A stretch of 25,629 bases of DNA. Origin: a virus. Its lineage: Duplodnaviria; Caudoviricetes. The stretch lies in IMG/VR virus record IMGVR_UViG_3300020044_011595, positions 1 through 25,629 of that record; one strand, given 5' to 3'. How positions within the stretch are numbered: the first letter of the stretch is position 1; each line of letters begins with the position of its first letter. Under the pieces are notes generated by a model. The model had not been told where the DNA came from, made no database searches, and worked only from the letters and a program-made list of their open reading frames with translations. Positions 1-9,010 of the stretch are shown one piece after another. The position numbers and the translations under genes are program-made.

Positions 1-407
1 TCAATCGATACTTGATTAGACGTGTCAGTAGTAGTAAATGCTATTGGTAATACGGTTGCAGGTGGTGTAATAACTTGGGCTTCTGATATATATGCTCCTG
101 ATGTATGAGCTGAACTGGATGTACCATAAACACCTCGAGTAATACCTGTAAATGTAGTATCTGTTTTACCTGTATATGCAATAATCTCATTGCCAACAAT
201 AAGACCCCCAGCAGACAAAAACCCAGCTGTTGACACTACTGGAATAGGGGTTGTTGTACCATTACCTATATTTGCTGTCAGTGTAGTGTATCCATCCTGA
301 TGAAACGCACCATTAGGGAACTGAATTTGTGCTCCATAAGTTGTAGGTGAAAAAGGTATGAATCTAAATGATCTTCCTTCACTCAATGTAAATACAGGCG
401 AACAAAC
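1..407 (-). CDS. Partial minus-strand ORF, virion fibre/structural-like protein fragment (runs off the left edge; no ATG start)
   Basis: Not in the ORF track. Manual translation is stop-free from 407 to 1: ...QFPNGAFHQDGYTTLTANIGNGTTTPIPVVSTAGFLSAGGLIVGNEIIAYTGKTDTTFTGITRGVYGTSSSAHTSGAYISEAQVITPPATVLPIAFTTTDTSNQVSI. The 'EIIAYTGKT..TFTGITRG..GT...AH.SG' block resembles a module common in phage virion proteins. Upstream in-frame TAA at 410-408; no ATG, only a TTG at 386 or an internal GTG. Confidence 0.55.
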
Positions 408-1425
408 TTATGCTGGTGGATTAGGATCACTTAAAACAGGTAATCCTATGTTAGATGCTTTAAAAAGTGTAGCTGCAGATCAAAATATTTCTTTATCTAG
501 TATTGTTAAAGGAAGTGAAAAAGTTGAAGACACAGTAGAAAAAATAGATAAAGGAGGCTCAACAGAAATAGCAGAACTAACAAATTTATCAGAAGCAGAT
601 ATCCCATCAGAAGCCGAAGTAAAGGCAGCTGCTGATAAATTAGCTGCAGCTGTTAAAAGTGGTGAAATTAGTCAAGAAGACTTCCAAGCTTTTTTACAAG
701 CTGGAAGAGAAGAAGCTAAAGACGATATAGCTACTCTTAATGAAGCAGAAGGTGAACCATCCAAAGAAGAAATTAAAACTATGTTAAAGGATGATATTAA
801 AGATCTTCAAAGAAAAAAAAGTGTATGGAAAATAGCAACAGCTTTAGGTATCTCACTAGCTGCTGCTGGATTAGTAACATTAGGTTTAGGATTTGTAGTA
901 GATGCAGCAGCAGTAAATGCAGCCAAAGCCTTTCAAGTCGTTGGCATGGCCCCACAAGTTTTAATAGGATTAGGTGGTTTGGCTTCCGGTGCTGCTGCAG
1001 GAATAGCAAGTGCAAATAAAGTCTATCAAGCAAACCTGGGTATAGCTTCTAAAGAATATCAATTGAAGAAAATGGATAAAGAATTAACTGAAGCGTATTC
1101 TACAATTAAATCACTCCGTTCTGAACTTAACGAGATCAATCTTTTAAACGCTAAATTGCTTTATACAAACAAAATCTTCAAAGCTAAAAACTTAAACGAA
1201 AATCAAAAGGTAAAAGTATTAAGTTCATTTGACAAAGCTAAAAACGTAGGTGAAGTAAAAATGGTATATGAAACTTTAAATGAGGGAATTAAAGTTGCTA
1301 AAACTACTATTAAAGAAAACCTAGGTAGAGCTTCAAAATCAACTGTTACTCCTACCGCAAAACAACCAATCGTAGAGTCAAACGATGTATTTAAAAGAAT
1401 GCAAAAATTGGCTGGATTAATTTAA
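358..1425 (+). CDS. Prohead core/scaffold-like protein (T4 gp22 position) with atypical N-terminal half
   Basis: Lies directly upstream of the major capsid gene. C-terminal coiled coil (ELTEAYSTIKSLRSELNEINLLNAKLLY...RMQKLAGLI) and many L/I-x-E motifs like T4 gp21 protease sites. The start is uncertain. Confidence 0.65.
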   Translation: MNLNDLPSLNVNTGEQTYAGGLGSLKTGNPMLDALKSVAADQNISLSSIVKGSEKVEDTVEKIDKGGSTEIAELTNLSEADIPSEAEVKAAADKLAAAVKSGEISQEDFQAFLQAGREEAKDDIATLNEAEGEPSKEEIKTMLKDDIKDLQRKKSVWKIATALGISLAAAGLVTLGLGFVVDAAAVNAAKAFQVVGMAPQVLIGLGGLASGAAAGIASANKVYQANLGIASKEYQLKKMDKELTEAYSTIKSLRSELNEINLLNAKLLYTNKIFKAKNLNENQKVKVLSSFDKAKNVGEVKMVYETLNEGIKVAKTTIKENLGRASKSTVTPTAKQPIVESNDVFKRMQKLAGLI

Positions 1426-1460
1426 TTAACTAATTTAAAAACTTAAAAACAAAAACAAAA

Positions 1461-3161
1461 ATGTCAAGTATTAATTCTCTTTTAGAAAGCTCAGCCAACG
1501 GATGGAGAAACATGCAGAGTGATGCTGCACGTATGGCTAGCAAATGGACTAAAACAGGTCTATTAGAAGGATTAGGAAGCGAAGTTGAAAAAAACAACAT
1601 GGCTTTAATCCTCGAAAACCAAGCAAAACAACTTGTTGTTGAACAATCTTCTACAAACGTAGGTGGTGCTTCATTCAACGTAGGACAAGGTGAGCAATGG
1701 GCTGGTGTAGCTCTTCCATTGGTACGTAAAGTATTTGGTTCTTTATCAACTAAAGAATTCATGTCAGTACAACCAATGAACCTACCTTCAGGTCTTGTAT
1801 TCTTCTTAGATTTCCAATATGGACAAGCAAATGGTAAAGTTGCTCCTTCTGGACAATTTGGTCCTGGTGGTGACACTTATGGTGCTACTTCATCTATGTA
1901 CGGTAACACTAACCCAGGTGTAAATGCTGATGCTTCTCAAGGTTTATATGGTGCTGGTAGATTTGCTTATTCAATCAACCAATTCTCATCATCTGTAACC
2001 TCTACTACATCTCCTGCAACTTGGGCTGATGTTGATTACAACTCAGAATTATCTTCATCTATCGTTTCAGGTATCTTGTCTAAGGTTGTTATGACTGTAA
2101 CTAACCCTATGCGTGTAGATTTTAGAGGTGTTCGTGCATTCGTTCCTGCTTCAGGTTCAGGTGCTATTTCTATAGGTGCTGTTTATGATCGTTTGTTACC
2201 ACAGTATACTACTACTAACGGTACAAGTAGCGTAACTTTCATCATATCTGGTTCAACTAGTGCCATGACAAACCTACCTTCAGGTTCAGCTACAACTAAC
2301 ACATTATTCTACAACGTACAACCTGCTGATAATTTTAGAGGTGATTTTGAAGATAACTCAGGTGCTGGTTATCCAAATGCTGAGTCTACTGCAGCTGATG
2401 CATTAGCTATTCCGCAAATCAATATCCAAATGAAATCTGAAGCTATTGTTGCTAAAACAAGAAAATTGAAAGCACAATGGACACCAGAATTCGCTCAAGA
2501 TTTGAACGCTTACCAATCTCTTGATGCTGAAGCTGAATTAACTTCAATCATGTCTGAATATATCGCTCTAGAAATTGATCTAGAAAACTTAGATATGTTG
2601 ATCCAAGATGCTTCTGCATGGGATGAATATTGGTATGCTACAAACAACAGAGCATTGAATTCTGCTAAAACAGGATATGATGACCTAGGTTTCTTCAACA
2701 CACAAGGTCAGTGGTTCCAAACTTTAGGAACTAAAATGCAGAAAGTTTCTAATAAAATTCACCAAAAGACATTACGTGGTGGTGCAAACTTCATCGTATG
2801 TTCTCCAACAGTTGCTACAATCCTTGAGTCAATCCCAGGATTTGCTTCAACTTCTGATGGTGATGTAACTAAAGCAAGCTACGCATTTGGTATCCAAAAA
2901 TCAGGTAACTTGAACAACCGTTATACAGTATACAAAAACCCTTACATGACTGAAAACGTAATGTTGATGGGTTATAGAGGATCTCAATTCCTTGAAACAG
3001 GTGCTGTATTTGCTCCATATGTTCCACTTATCATGACTCCATTAGTGTACGATCCAGACACTTTCACACCAAGAAAAGGTCTATTGACTCGTTACGCTAA
3101 GAAAATGATCCGTCCTGAATTCTTCGGTCGTATCTTCGTTAATGATTTGAACACTCTATAA
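1461..3161 (+). CDS. gp23: Major capsid protein, T4 gp23-like
   Basis: gp23 hallmarks: ILENQ, LPLVRKVF, SVQPMNLPSGLVFFL, AKTRKLKAQWTPEFAQDLNAYQSLDAEAELTSIMSEYIALEID, GAVFAPYVPL, DPDTFTPRKGLLTRYA. Confidence 0.96.
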   Translation: MSSINSLLESSANGWRNMQSDAARMASKWTKTGLLEGLGSEVEKNNMALILENQAKQLVVEQSSTNVGGASFNVGQGEQWAGVALPLVRKVFGSLSTKEFMSVQPMNLPSGLVFFLDFQYGQANGKVAPSGQFGPGGDTYGATSSMYGNTNPGVNADASQGLYGAGRFAYSINQFSSSVTSTTSPATWADVDYNSELSSSIVSGILSKVVMTVTNPMRVDFRGVRAFVPASGSGAISIGAVYDRLLPQYTTTNGTSSVTFIISGSTSAMTNLPSGSATTNTLFYNVQPADNFRGDFEDNSGAGYPNAESTAADALAIPQINIQMKSEAIVAKTRKLKAQWTPEFAQDLNAYQSLDAEAELTSIMSEYIALEIDLENLDMLIQDASAWDEYWYATNNRALNSAKTGYDDLGFFNTQGQWFQTLGTKMQKVSNKIHQKTLRGGANFIVCSPTVATILESIPGFASTSDGDVTKASYAFGIQKSGNLNNRYTVYKNPYMTENVMLMGYRGSQFLETGAVFAPYVPLIMTPLVYDPDTFTPRKGLLTRYAKKMIRPEFFGRIFVNDLNTL

Positions 3162-3185
3162 GAGTAACGGTCAACCGAAATAAAG

Positions 3186-3218
3186 AGCCTCGCTAACAAA
3201 GCGGGGCTTTTTTATTTT
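3186..3218 (+). terminator. Rho-independent terminator after the capsid gene
   Basis: Stem AGCCTCGCT (3186-3194) / AGCGGGGCT (3200-3208) with one G-U pair and a 5-nt loop, followed by TTTTTATTTT. Confidence 0.85.
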
Positions 3219-3256
3219 CCATTAGTATGTTAATATTTATTATCAAATATAGTTAT

Positions 3257-3955
3257 ATGAATGATTTTAATCGAACACCACAAGCACAAGAAGTTTTCAA
3301 AGAAAAAAGAAAACCAAAAGGACCAATTAAATTTAATGTTCAATTAAATGAGGAGCAAAAACGTGCAAAAGAACAGATTTTAGAAAATACTGTAACCATA
3401 TTGCGTGGTAAAGCAGGATCTGGTAAATCGTTATTAGCAGCAAATGTTGCTTTAGATATGTTATTTAAAAAAGATATCGAAAAGATAATTATTACTAGAC
3501 CTACCGTAGTAGCAGGACAAGATATTGGATTCCTCCCAGGAGATGTAAACGAAAAACTAGCCCCATTTACAGCTCCAGTATACGAGAACATGCATCGTTT
3601 ATACAACAAAGAAAAAATTGAAAAATGTATACAAGAGGGTGAAATCGAAATTGTACCTGTATCGTTTATGCGAGGTAGAAACTTTACCAACTGTTTAGTT
3701 GTAGTAGATGAAGCACAAAATCTAACCGATAACCAAACTGAACTTTTACTTACACGTATATGTGATGGTAGCAAAATGATATTTTGTGGTGATGGCGCTC
3801 AAATCGATTTACGCGATAAAAAAACATCAGGTTTTGATGTTGTGTGTAAACATATGAAAGAGGTAAATGGTTTTGGTGTAATCACATTAGAAAAAAATCA
3901 TAGACACCCAATAGTTGACGATATTCTTGAAGTTTACAAATCATTTAGAGGTTAG
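3257..3955 (+). CDS. phoH: PhoH-family ATPase
   Basis: Walker A GKAGSGKS, IIITRP, IGFLPGDVNEK, FMRGRNF, VVDEAQN, LLTR, CGDGAQID, RHPIV. The start is placed at ATG 3257 rather than 3227 because the promoter-like motif lies at 3233-3240. Confidence 0.95.
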   Translation: MNDFNRTPQAQEVFKEKRKPKGPIKFNVQLNEEQKRAKEQILENTVTILRGKAGSGKSLLAANVALDMLFKKDIEKIIITRPTVVAGQDIGFLPGDVNEKLAPFTAPVYENMHRLYNKEKIEKCIQEGEIEIVPVSFMRGRNFTNCLVVVDEAQNLTDNQTELLLTRICDGSKMIFCGDGAQIDLRDKKTSGFDVVCKHMKEVNGFGVITLEKNHRHPIVDDILEVYKSFRG

Positions 3956-3957
3956 CC

Positions 3958-3967
3958 ATATTTATAA
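3958..3967 (+). promoter_or_regulatory. ATATTTATAA putative phage late promoter (representative copy)
   Basis: Exact copies at 3958, 8604, 14870, 17946, 20004, 22162, 22770 and 24505, each just upstream of a start codon; variants at 3233, 17453 and 24891. Confidence 0.7.
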
Positions 3968-3975
3968 TAAAATAA

Positions 3976-4377
3976 ATGGCTGCAGGAAGATACTCTTTTG
4001 TAATTGAACAAGGTGCTACAGTTAATTTTCAAATAGCTTATACAGACTCTACCGGAACCCCAGTTGACTTAACAGGATATCAAGCTAGAATGCAAATTAG
4101 ACCTACCGTAGATTCAAGTACGATTTATATTACTTTATCATCTAGTTTAGATCCATGTGGAACTGGCTTAAATTTAAGTGGATCAAATTCAATAAACCCA
4201 CCTACATCAGGAACAGTTGGAGTATACATTTCAGCAGCATCTTCTTCTCAACTTAATTTTACACAAGGTGTATACGATTTAGAACTTGCTACAGGAAGTG
4301 GAGCATGTTATGTTGTAACACGATTACTAGAAGGAGAAGTAAGATTATCTAAAAATGTAACTTTAGGAAGTTTCTAA
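3976..4377 (+). CDS. Virion structural adaptor, BppU-N-like/Ig-like fibre anchor
   Basis: Pattern 'IEQGAT...YTDSTGTPVDLTGYQARMQIR...GVYDLEL...VTRLLEGEV' is typical of small phage adaptor domains that precede fibre genes. Coupled to the next gene by a TAATG overlap. Confidence 0.6.
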   Translation: MAAGRYSFVIEQGATVNFQIAYTDSTGTPVDLTGYQARMQIRPTVDSSTIYITLSSSLDPCGTGLNLSGSNSINPPTSGTVGVYISAASSSQLNFTQGVYDLELATGSGACYVVTRLLEGEVRLSKNVTLGSF

Positions 4378-7300
4378 TGGCTAATACTGTAAATATTAAC
4401 CAAAATAATAACAATGTATCCTTACAAGATAATAATAGACGAATTATTATCACGGATAACAATGCAGGTACTACAATAAATGTAACACAACCTGTTACGA
4501 GTATTGTTACAGTATCCGCTTTTGGACCACAAGGAGCACAAGGACCCGCAGGTACATCTGTAAATACAGGTTCATTTGTTTCAACTTCATCATTTAATGC
4601 ATTTACAGGTTCATATAATACTGGATCATTTACTGGTTCATTTTATGGAAATTTAATAGGAACATCTTCATATGCTTTAACAGCATCATACGCCTTAAAT
4701 GTCCCACAAACTGCATCATACTCTTTAACTGCATCATACGCTTTAACTGCAGATAGTGCTTCATATGCTTTAAATGCAAATAGTGCTTCATACGCTTTAA
4801 CAGCATCATACGTTCAAAACGCGCAAACAGCTTCAAACATATTAGGTGGTAAAGCAACACATGTCCCGTTTTTTATAACAGATACATCACTAGCAACCAG
4901 TTCATTATACCAATCAGGCTCTTCAACTGTTATTATTAACCAAGATAATGCTACTTCTGCTAACCCAGAAGCATTATATGTTTTTCAACCTAGTCCAACA
5001 TCTATTAATGTAATAAGTGGTAAAGGTAATTTAAATAATTATCTTCAACTTAATATCCAAAACACAAACCAAGGAACAAATGCTTCTTCAGATGTAGTAG
5101 CCACAGCAAATAATGGTAATGAAACTACCAATTATATTGATATGGGTATCAATAGTGAAAACTATAATAGTGGATTTGTTGGTGATGCAAACGATGCTTA
5201 TTTATACTCTACTGGTAATCATTTACATATAGGAAACGTATCAAATTTCCCCGTACAGATATTTGCTGGGGGTGGTGATGTTAATATCCATAATAAACTT
5301 GAATTAAACCCCAATAACCAACACTTAATGTCAGGTTCATTGGATGTTAGTGGAAGTATTAAAGCATTTTCATTTACTGGTTCATTACAAGGTAATGCTA
5401 CAACATCAACTACTGCAGATACAGCATCATATTCAACAACATTAGGTGCTAGTTTATCACAGCCTTCAAATAACCAAGTAAGATTATTAAATAGTGCTGG
5501 AGGTACTTTAAATACAATTACAGTTGACAACGTAGTTTCAGCATCACATGCAGATAATGCATCAACTGCTAATTATGCTGCAATAGCAGGAAATGGTGGT
5601 GTAACACAAATTACAGCAGGAGTAGGTGTTACTTTAATTCCATCAAATGGACAAGGTAATGTTACTGTAATAGCTACTGGTACTGGTGGTGTAACAATTA
5701 TTTCTGGATCAATTGTAACAGGGTCATTTATAAACACTAATTCATATACCTTTAACCATAATTTAGGTATTAGAACACCTATTATAACAGTATTTGATTC
5801 AAATTACAATCAAATCATCCCAGAAAATATACAACTTGTAGATTCATCTAGTGCTGTTATTACATTTCCAACTCTAGAAAGTGGGTTTGCTATTGGATCA
5901 ACAGGAGGTACAACAGGAACAGCATTATCTTCTTCATATGCTCTAATTGCAGAATATGCTAATACAGCTTCTTTTTACCAAGAAACAGACCCTGTTTATA
6001 TAGCACAAAAACCTACATTAGCTACAACTGGTTCAAATACATTTAGAGGTACTCAAACGATATCAGGCTCAGTAACAATAACTGGATCATTAACTGTATT
6101 AGGTCCATCTACATTTAGTGGTAGTGTAACTTTAGTAAATGGAGCTACTGGTTCATTATCTGGAACATCATCATTTGCCGTAACATCATCATATGCGTTA
6201 AACACATTAAGTGCATCATACGCATTAAATGCACTAAGTGCTTCATATGCTCAAACCGCATCATATGCATTAAGTGCATTAAGCGCTTCATACGCCCAAA
6301 CATCATCATATGCTATTAATATGATAATATCAGGTGGAATAGCTAGTGCAAGTTATATTGATTTTAATCTTAATCCTGGAGTAGCAGATGCTATTGGTAG
6401 ATTAAAATTCGATAGTGGAGAAGGTACTTTGCAATTAGGTCTTGCAGGTGGTAATGTTATATTAAATGTAGGGGAAGATTTATTCCAATATGTTTATAAT
6501 AGTACTGGGGCACCTTTAACAAAAGGCCAAGTAGTTTATATCTCAGGATCTCAAGGTAATAGAATTGCTGTCAAATTGGCCTCTGCCGCTGCTGAACAAG
6601 GTTCAGCTAATACTCTTGGGTTTGCTGCTGAAACAATAGCTGCTGGAGGTGAGGGTTGGATACAAACAGAAGGTAATTTAAGAAAATTAAATACAGTAGG
6701 ATTAATAGGAGGTCAATTATTGTACTTAAGTACAACACCTGGAGCATATACTCAAACTATTCCAACTCCTCCAAATCATAGTGTTAGGTTAGGATATGCT
6801 GAAAGGATTGATAATACTCAAGGATCGATTTATATTAAGATAGACAATGGGTATGAAATAGGTGAATTGCATGATATAATAGATAATACAACAACAAGTT
6901 CATTTGGTGATCTATTAGTTAAGAGTGGTAGTGTTTGGACTAATTCAAAACAATTAACAGGTAGCTATTCAATAACAGGATCACTTACAATATCAGGTTC
7001 ATCTACTTTTACTAACATAGGTCCTGCTAATTTTACTGGATCTGTAAATATAACTGGTTCAACTACACAAACTGGTAATAATGTATTAATTGGTACTACA
7101 ACATTAAGTGGTAGTATTAATGTAAGTGGGTCACAAAATTTTAATGGATCATCATCCTTCTTCGGAAATCATATACTAAGTGGAAGTAATACTATTAGAG
7201 GAAATACTTTTATGTTTGGTAACATACAAGTAAGTGGATCTTCTAATTTTAATAATAGTGAATTTATAGTAACTGGTTCTACATCTGTCTTAGGTAATTT

Positions 7301-7928
7301 TAATGTAAGAGGCACATCTGTATTTTCAAATACAACATTTACTGTTACCGGATCTCAATATTTTACTGGATCGTCTTTTATAAACGGTAACCAATCTTTA
7401 GCAGGAAATTCAACAGTTACAGGTTCGTTAAATGTAATAGGAAATATTAATGTAATAAGTGGTTCATCTTTTACAAGATGGGGCAATAAATTATTCAATT
7501 ATGGTCAATTCGCTCATACAGCATCCATCCCAGTAACAGCAAACGTATCAGCATCATTTATTTTACCATTAACCTATTTTAATGATGGTGTAAGTATAGT
7601 TAGTGGTAGTAGAATTACATTTGCAAATACCGGTTTATATAACATACAATACTCAGCAATAGCAAATCAGGGATCAGGAACACCTAATTTGCGTCTATGG
7701 TTTAAAAAAACAGGATCAAATATAGATAATTCTACTTCAACAGTACAATTACAAAATAATAGTCAAACAGCATTAACTTATAATTTTGCGTTTCCTTTTA
7801 GTGCAAGTGAATATGTTGAATTATGGTACCACTCAAGCACATCAAACACATCATTCCCATACGCAGCAGCAGGAAGTGGATTCCCAGCATCACCATCAAT
7901 AATATTAACAGTAACACAGATAGCATAA
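4377..7928 (+). CDS. Long mosaic fibre protein (1183 aa)
   Basis: Short collagen GPQGAQGPAG, two ASYA repeat tracts, TGS/SGS-rich beta repeats, an 'FNHNLG..P...VFD' module, a capsid-cement-like module (YNSTGAPLTKGQVVYIS...) and a C-terminal C1q/TNF-like beta sandwich (SRITFANTGLYNIQYS...PSIILTVTQI). Confidence 0.75.
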   Translation: MANTVNINQNNNNVSLQDNNRRIIITDNNAGTTINVTQPVTSIVTVSAFGPQGAQGPAGTSVNTGSFVSTSSFNAFTGSYNTGSFTGSFYGNLIGTSSYALTASYALNVPQTASYSLTASYALTADSASYALNANSASYALTASYVQNAQTASNILGGKATHVPFFITDTSLATSSLYQSGSSTVIINQDNATSANPEALYVFQPSPTSINVISGKGNLNNYLQLNIQNTNQGTNASSDVVATANNGNETTNYIDMGINSENYNSGFVGDANDAYLYSTGNHLHIGNVSNFPVQIFAGGGDVNIHNKLELNPNNQHLMSGSLDVSGSIKAFSFTGSLQGNATTSTTADTASYSTTLGASLSQPSNNQVRLLNSAGGTLNTITVDNVVSASHADNASTANYAAIAGNGGVTQITAGVGVTLIPSNGQGNVTVIATGTGGVTIISGSIVTGSFINTNSYTFNHNLGIRTPIITVFDSNYNQIIPENIQLVDSSSAVITFPTLESGFAIGSTGGTTGTALSSSYALIAEYANTASFYQETDPVYIAQKPTLATTGSNTFRGTQTISGSVTITGSLTVLGPSTFSGSVTLVNGATGSLSGTSSFAVTSSYALNTLSASYALNALSASYAQTASYALSALSASYAQTSSYAINMIISGGIASASYIDFNLNPGVADAIGRLKFDSGEGTLQLGLAGGNVILNVGEDLFQYVYNSTGAPLTKGQVVYISGSQGNRIAVKLASAAAEQGSANTLGFAAETIAAGGEGWIQTEGNLRKLNTVGLIGGQLLYLSTTPGAYTQTIPTPPNHSVRLGYAERIDNTQGSIYIKIDNGYEIGELHDIIDNTTTSSFGDLLVKSGSVWTNSKQLTGSYSITGSLTISGSSTFTNIGPANFTGSVNITGSTTQTGNNVLIGTTTLSGSINVSGSQNFNGSSSFFGNHILSGSNTIRGNTFMFGNIQVSGSSNFNNSEFIVTGSTSVLGNFNVRGTSVFSNTTFTVTGSQYFTGSSFINGNQSLAGNSTVTGSLNVIGNINVISGSSFTRWGNKLFNYGQFAHTASIPVTANVSASFILPLTYFNDGVSIVSGSRITFANTGLYNIQYSAIANQGSGTPNLRLWFKKTGSNIDNSTSTVQLQNNSQTALTYNFAFPFSASEYVELWYHSSTSNTSFPYAAAGSGFPASPSIILTVTQIA
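4662..4836 (+). repeat. Coding tandem repeat, (T/S)ASYAL-type units
   Basis: TSSYALTASYALNVPQTASYSLTASYALTADSASYALNANSASYALTASYVQNAQTAS; DNA units such as GCATCATACGC(C/T)TTAA. Confidence 0.85.
6165..6314 (+). repeat. Second coding tandem repeat, SASYA-type units
   Basis: TSSFAVTSSYALNTLSASYALNALSASYAQTASYALSALSASYAQTSSYA. Confidence 0.85.
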
Positions 7929-7929
7929 A

Positions 7930-8613
7930 ATGAGAATATTTCAACCTACAATAACAGGATCATTTACAGTATCGGGATCAGTTTATTTTCCTGCAATGGT
8001 AACATCTTCTGTTGCTGTTTCTAATGTTGTAGTATTTGGTGCAAATGGAGAATTATTTGTAACATCTTCTTCTGCAATTGGAGGTGGTGGAAGTGGAGCT
8101 GGATTCCCATATACTGGCAATGCTGTAATAACAGGATCGTTATTGGTTAGTGGAAGTGGGGTAACAGTAACTGGATCTTTAAATGCAAACAGTATTACTG
8201 GTAGTTTACATGGTACTGCTAGTTGGGCTAGCAATACTATTACTGCCCAAACAGCATCATATGCTACTAATTTTGTAATAGGTAGTACATTAGCATTAAA
8301 TGGAACGTTAACCGATTCATCTACAATTAATTCAACAATAGTAGGATCAAATAATTTGTTTCAACAAGCAACTGGATCATTTACCTCAGCCCATGGAAAA
8401 TATACGGTACATAAAGGAGCTAATTCAAGAGCAGGTGAATTTGTAACCTCGTGGAATGGTACAACAACATCATATTACGATAATTCAACAGTAGATATAG
8501 GCAACACAACAGATATAACGTTCCAATCTTCAATTGTAACTAGTCAAATCCAAATAAATTCAACAGCATTATCCTCAGGTTGGACAATAAAAATGTTGGT
8601 TACATATTTATAA
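7930..8613 (+). CDS. Short fibre/virion structural protein
   Basis: TGS-rich beta repeats, GFPYTGNAVITGSL motif, and a C-terminal beta domain ending WTIKMLVTYL; in the fibre operon. Confidence 0.65.
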   Translation: MRIFQPTITGSFTVSGSVYFPAMVTSSVAVSNVVVFGANGELFVTSSSAIGGGGSGAGFPYTGNAVITGSLLVSGSGVTVTGSLNANSITGSLHGTASWASNTITAQTASYATNFVIGSTLALNGTLTDSSTINSTIVGSNNLFQQATGSFTSAHGKYTVHKGANSRAGEFVTSWNGTTTSYYDNSTVDIGNTTDITFQSSIVTSQIQINSTALSSGWTIKMLVTYL

Positions 8614-8620
8614 CAAAACC

Positions 8621-8644
8621 ATTAGTTGGATAGGGAAAACTAAT
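8621..8644 (+). promoter_or_regulatory. 5' UTR hairpin with purine-rich GGATAGGGAA loop
   Basis: ATTAGTT (8621-8627) pairs perfectly with AACTAAT (8638-8644). It lies between the ATATTTATAA motif (8604) and ATG 8650. Confidence 0.5.
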
Positions 8645-8649
8645 AAAAT

Positions 8650-9006
8650 ATGGCAAACGAATTTGTAGCCAAAAATGGCTTAATATCACAAAACAATTCT
8701 ATTGTAACTGGTTCACTAACAGTAACAGGAGGAATCACTGGATCATTACAAGGAACAGCATCTTTTGCTGCAACCGCATCATATTTAAGTAATGCACCTT
8801 TAACATATATTCGAAGAAGTGATTATACATCTTCACTTGATCCAAACATAAACTACTTATATCTAGGAGAGGCAGCAAATGGCTCATCCGAATCTTCCAA
8901 TGTTTGGGATATTTCAAGACTTTCCATATCCTCCTCAGGTGCAACTTTAACACAAACAACTTCAAGCGCAGCTTGGACAAACAGATATTCATACACATAC
9001 TCATAA
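8650..9006 (+). CDS. Small virion fibre-associated protein
   Basis: N-terminus MANEFVAKNGL, TGS/TAS repeats, and a C-terminal 'YLGEA..GS..S..VWDISR...W.NR.SY.Y' module. Confidence 0.6.
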   Translation: MANEFVAKNGLISQNNSIVTGSLTVTGGITGSLQGTASFAATASYLSNAPLTYIRRSDYTSSLDPNINYLYLGEAANGSSESSNVWDISRLSISSSGATLTQTTSSAAWTNRYSYTYS

Positions 9007-9010
9007 AGTT

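Noticed and set aside
825-1019. Cys-rich 64-aa alternative-frame ORF that resembles a RiPP or metallothionein
   Set aside because: The Cys/Ser codons are the shifted-frame reading of GCT/GCA Ala runs in the scaffold-like gene; no modifying enzymes are nearby.
3227-3256. Longer PhoH start from the ORF track
   Set aside because: The extension MLIFIIKYSY overlaps the promoter-like motif and reads as AT-rich intergenic DNA; ATG 3257 is more plausible.
4662-6314. Repeat tracts as a CRISPR array
   Set aside because: The units are degenerate at third codon positions, in frame and lack unique spacers; no cas genes are present.
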